From NCBI GenBank assembly GCA_910592345.1, contig CAJVPI010000102.1:1-53894 (forward strand): a stretch of 53,894 nt of DNA, read 5' to 3'. This document shows, piece by piece, positions 49,490-53,894 of the stretch. Source of the stretch: Paraglomus brasilianum. Lineage: Eukaryota. How positions within the stretch are numbered: position 1 is the first letter of the stretch; every line of letters begins with the position of its first letter. Below the pieces are notes generated by a model. It saw only the letters and a list, made by a program, of their open reading frames with translations. It made no database searches and was not told the DNA's origin. Position numbers and translations under genes: made by a program.

Positions 49490-50782
49490 GAAAGTGAATG
49501 AGCAAAAAGAAGTTGGGTTAATTTAAATAGCTGAACAATGATATACCTAAACATTTTTTTTAATTCTAAATAATAACTTCTAATGTATCCAATATAACAT
49601 TACTGTACATTGTAATGATGGAATTGGAATAGGAAAAAAACAAACAGAAAGCAGTTGAGTTATTATTGTATCAAAAAGCCACTGAACAAGAAAATTTATT
49701 GCACAATAGAACCTCTAAGATGGAATTGGACTAGAAATAATAAACTAGAGATAGTTGAATTATATCATGAAACAGCTGAACAAGAACATGTTAATGTCAG
49801 TACACAATATAATTTTGCTGCAGTTATGAAGATGATCTCAGTGTAATTCAACCTTCTGTATATTATACAATGGTAATGGAAAAAAAATGAATATGAATTA
49901 ATTGAGTTGTATGAAAAAAGCACATATGTTAGTGCAAATTAGTATTAAGGGTAGTAGATATTATAATTATAGAAAGATGTTGGAACAGGTTTTGACATTA
50001 AGTTTGTAATCAATTTCTACCAAGAAAGAGCTCAAATCTAATATTAGTATAGTTGCATAATAATAGATGTATTTGACATATGTAATTTATCTTCCAATTT
50101 ACAGTCATTTACATTAATGGTATTTGCTCAATTTTATATCTAATTGTTCAGTATGTGTCTGCATTTACCCCATTCAATTTTACAATACATACCAAAAAAT
50201 ATTTTGTCTCTTTTGAATATTAAATAGCAAGTGTAGTAAACAACTTTATAATAATAATAAAGATGTATGAAATACTAGTATTATAATTGGCTCCTGAAAG
50301 AAAATTTTGTTCAAAATTTAGTTCTAAAGGGCAGTTATAGCTATAATGTTAATAGTCTTTATCCTAAGACAATGTGTAGTCTTGCTTAGATTCATTGCAT
50401 CAATTAAGATGTAGCTAATTCTTGGAGGCATCTCTTTATTGCTAAGTTGTAAACTCACACTTGTACAGTATGTTGTACCAAAATATTTGAATGATGAAAT
50501 ATTGACCTGTTAATGGAACCATTCTTTCTCTCCAGTCCAATATTCCCTAACTTTTATAAGCTGGCTTATCTGATTTGTAATTACCCCCCAAATAAAACTT
50601 ATTAGAAAAGCAACTATATATCAATATAGTCTTTAGCTGAAGAGTGTATAATTGGAATTTTTTATAAACGTTCCTAGAATGAGTTTTTATGCATGTCAGT
50701 GATACATACCCTAAACTTTCATTAATAAGAGCCCCCATATGATTTGTTGATTATTTTGCAGTTTTTAAGCCATGACCAAACA

Positions 50783-50835
50783 TCTCATGAATAAGAGCCC
50801 CCCTTATATGATAAAGGGGGCTCTTATTCATGAGA
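50783..50835. repeat. Perfect 20-bp hairpin, probably a MITE terminal remnant
   Basis: TCTCATGAATAAGAGCCCCC-13 nt-GGGGGCTCTTATTCATGAGA, followed by GCTTACAGTA. A third partial copy lies at ~50718. Confidence 0.8.
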
Positions 50836-51810
50836 GCTTACAGTATATTAATATTCTTTGTTAATTTAGAATAATAAGCGCATTAAAGAGGATGACGGTA
50901 ATTTATTGCAGAACATCTCTTATTATCAAAATAAACCTATGCCTTATTTTCTTAGGTTCCAAGAAAGGAGGGCTACTAAATAAAAGTCTTGATTAAATAT
51001 TACGGTAATTAATTCAACAGAATAGTTGGATTAAGAAAAATTAACGAATTGTTTTGCAGATGTGCCTAAGTCCAAAAAGCCTGTGGTGGAGTAGCATCGA
51101 CTATACTAGTAATGTTGTTTTTTATTTTTGTCTCTCCAAACCCAGTTTTCTAACAACTCACTAAGTATTCGTTATCATTTAATTTTTCCAAGTAGGTTTG
51201 GTCGATTACATATTCCTTAAGTACGTGGTAGCAACTCCAGCGCGTCCAGGCGTTGTTCTAATGCGAGTTCCCGAAATGATGAATAGTTGATGAAGCGGCG
51301 ACGATGAATTCGTTGGTAATACTGAAGATTGAAATGGCATTGGAGAGAATTATTCAAAAATTCTCACGCGTGTTCTTCGAGCGAAACAACAACAGTATGA
51401 CTGGACGCAACCCCACGGATTTAGGAATTTACTGCCTGAAGAATATAAAAAGAAAGGGACCGATTAAATAGATAAAGATAATAATTGAGAATAATGAGTT
51501 TCATATCAACACATTGCTAAATAAATGACGTAAAGTCCTACGGCTCCGCTCCATGCACCGCCAATACGGTAAGAAATTATTTAATGTTAAATAAACGCGC
51601 ATAAAGTTAAATAACATTTTTATAACCACATGATTGTTTAAATTTACCGAATCGAATATTACCGTGCGGGTCCTGCGGGTCCGTAGACAACACATATATA
51701 ATATGCTTAGCGTAATAACAATAATTAGATAAACTGGTCTTTGTCAATTGCTCACCTTTTCTCTGTTTCGACTCTGACTGGAAAATTTCTAGGTCTTATA
51801 ATATACATTA

Positions 51811-52633
51811 CGTGGGGGTGCTGAAAAGTTTTGCGTGTGGCTCTCTAACTAGAGATTGCATCAGTTTAACAATAATCATCAAATGCGTATGTTTCATGTA
51901 ACAAACGAAAAAAGTAGATGGAAATTCATTATCTCATTGTTTTTTTTTGTAAATCGACTGGATGAAAATAAGCCGTGAGAACCAACGATACTTTATTTTC
52001 GCTTCTTGGAAAAATGGCAGAAATGCGACTCAAATCCACAAGGAGTTGGTGAATGTAGAAGGGGAACAAGCATTGTCTATCAACACAATTAGACGCTGGA
52101 TTGCTATATTCAAAGACGGGGAAGAAGAAATTAAAGACAAGGCTCGTTTTGGACGTTCTCGCGAAGCCGTGACGTCAGAAAAAATTGCCAAGGTCGAGGA
52201 TATTGTTAGCAATAACCGCACATTTTTATTAGAAAATTTAGCCAACGGAATCTGAAAACATTTTGCATAATGAGCTGAGCCAGGGAAGAACAACTGTTTG
52301 TGACGTTATGCTTTATTACGACAATGCCGCACCACCTAAGGCAACGATAATAACAGAGTATTTTCATAACACGAATGAAACTTTGCCATACAGTCCAGAC
52401 TGTGTTCCTTGTGATTTTTTCTTATTCCCTCGAATCAAGAAAAAAAAACCGAAGGGAAAAAGATTTGATAAGGCCCAAAAACCGACTATGAGAAGTCTTT
52501 CCAGAGTTGGCAAATCGTCTGCAACGTTACATAGATGTTAATGGAGAGTATTTTGAGGGAATGAAATAGGTGTATCGATAATTATTATGAAATTTTTGGA
52601 AATAAAGTTCCACGCGCAAAACTTTTCAGCACC
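51811..52633 (+). mobile_element. Internally deleted mariner element
   Basis: TIRs GGTGCTGAAAAGTTTTGCGTGTGG and CCACGCGCAAAACTTTTCAGCACC, with TA to the left. It encodes a Mos1-like HTH (ATQIHKELVNVEGEQALSINTIRRW) and C-terminal DNAAP...PYSPDCVPCDFFLFP. The middle of the catalytic domain is missing. Confidence 0.9.
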
Positions 52634-53821
52634 TTGAATTATCGGCATACTTTCTATAATTATCAAATACATTAGATAATGTACGTTTAGATTTATGCGT
52701 TACTCACCGAATTTCGTAGTTAAAGAGTATATAGAATTAATTCTCGGTGGAAAACCAAGTGGTCGAGTATCTTGGATTCAATTACCTCCCTCACACTTTG
52801 AAGTAGTACGCTGACTGCGTCATAGGATCAGCAACTCTTTGGTGAATTTCATCTATCGATTCAAATTTGTTCTTGTGTTGCATGGTTTCTTGTTTGGTAA
52901 AAAACCCAACTTTTTAATACCTTAGACTTACTAGCAATTAACGGATAACTGGCCAAGATAATAAGACCGATGCTGCAGACGTCTTACGCATATTATAGGG
53001 TTTGTAATTATTACCATTGGTTACTAACAAAATGTGCACCGGAAAGTTTTATTCGAATCGAACGCGTCGTCAGCTATAATCATTTCAAAAATGTACTTCT
53101 GTTGGACCTTCCAGAGGTAATACTTATTAGAGAAGTCGATAAAGGTGAATAGTTAACAAAGTTAAGACGGGTTTGTGTAAGACAAATACAAATCTAGTTG
53201 TGCAATCTATTTCGATAATCTTTGTCATTCAGATAATCGAAAAATAAAATTCACCGAGACTTTTACTTTTATTTATTGACGTCATTTCATACGTTTTGAT
53301 TAGCTTAAACTATTATAAGTAATTATTGCTTTCTTGCGTATCGTCACAAAATTGTTAGTTAAAATAATGCGTTACACCATCATACTTAATTTGTATTTTT
53401 GCCAAAATTGGACCATTATTCATGAATTTCCTAATTGATAATAAAAGTGAGTCGCAGTTTATAAAGAGTACTGCCAGTTTTGCTTGTCAGTGACTAGGCT
53501 CCTTTTCATTTCATATTTCGGTTTCTGTTCCTTTTCAAATTTGGGTTGGATATCTAATTTAGGTAAAACATCAGACTTTGTTACTCATCAAAAAGAAGAA
53601 AAGAAAAGAAAAAAAAAGACAGACGACACACGTATTCAATTGTGTCGCCTCCTACAAATGACATCAGCTCTAGGAGAATACCAATGAGCAATTACATTTA
53701 ATGTTGCAGGGGGCCAAAAGCTTTAATATCTATACAGGTCTACTATTACGTCTTTGCATCCATCTCGACATTACTGCCAACAAATCATTCAAGTAGAAAG
53801 CAACCTATATTAGAAGAAATA

Positions 53822-53894
53822 CACAGTAACTCTCGATATAATGATCCCTCGATAATATGATGTTGGCTAATATGATGCTTTTTCCCGGGCCCAA
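53822..53894. mobile_element. Left end of a pogo/Tigger-type element, running off the window
   Basis: TA|CACAGTAACTCTCGATATAATG resembles the left TIR of the MITE at 24982. Confidence 0.5.

Overview
Eukaryotic, intron-rich, AT-rich genomic DNA from a fungus. The gene set and sequences suggest an early-diverging Mucoromycota-type lineage (inference). Recognisable host genes, in order: PSMD5/S5b proteasome chaperone (5' part), DTWD1, an ATF/CREB-type bZIP factor, a PEX11-family peroxin, PUS4/TruB, RPB1 and an AcuM/RDS2-type Zn2Cys6 factor. Between them are two orphan intronless ORFs, two paralogous intronless Sel1-repeat genes and many transposon remnants (Tc1, mariner, pogo-type MITEs, two solo-LTR-like copies). 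The most unusual structures are: (1) a 2.1-kb whole-element palindrome with TGT...ACA ends, made of two divergent deleted Ginger2/KRBA2-like integrase genes, which lies upstream of one Sel1 gene and has a relative at about 39 kb; (2) a 1767-aa Sel1 protein whose middle ~960 aa are Sel1 repeats that lost their core helix but stayed in frame; (3) a diagnostic repeat block at the N-terminus of one Sel1 paralog and the C-terminus of the other; (4) a long G-U-compatible hairpin in RPB1 intron 1; (5) a 4-nt micro-exon in acuM. All calls were made by eye, with no database searches.
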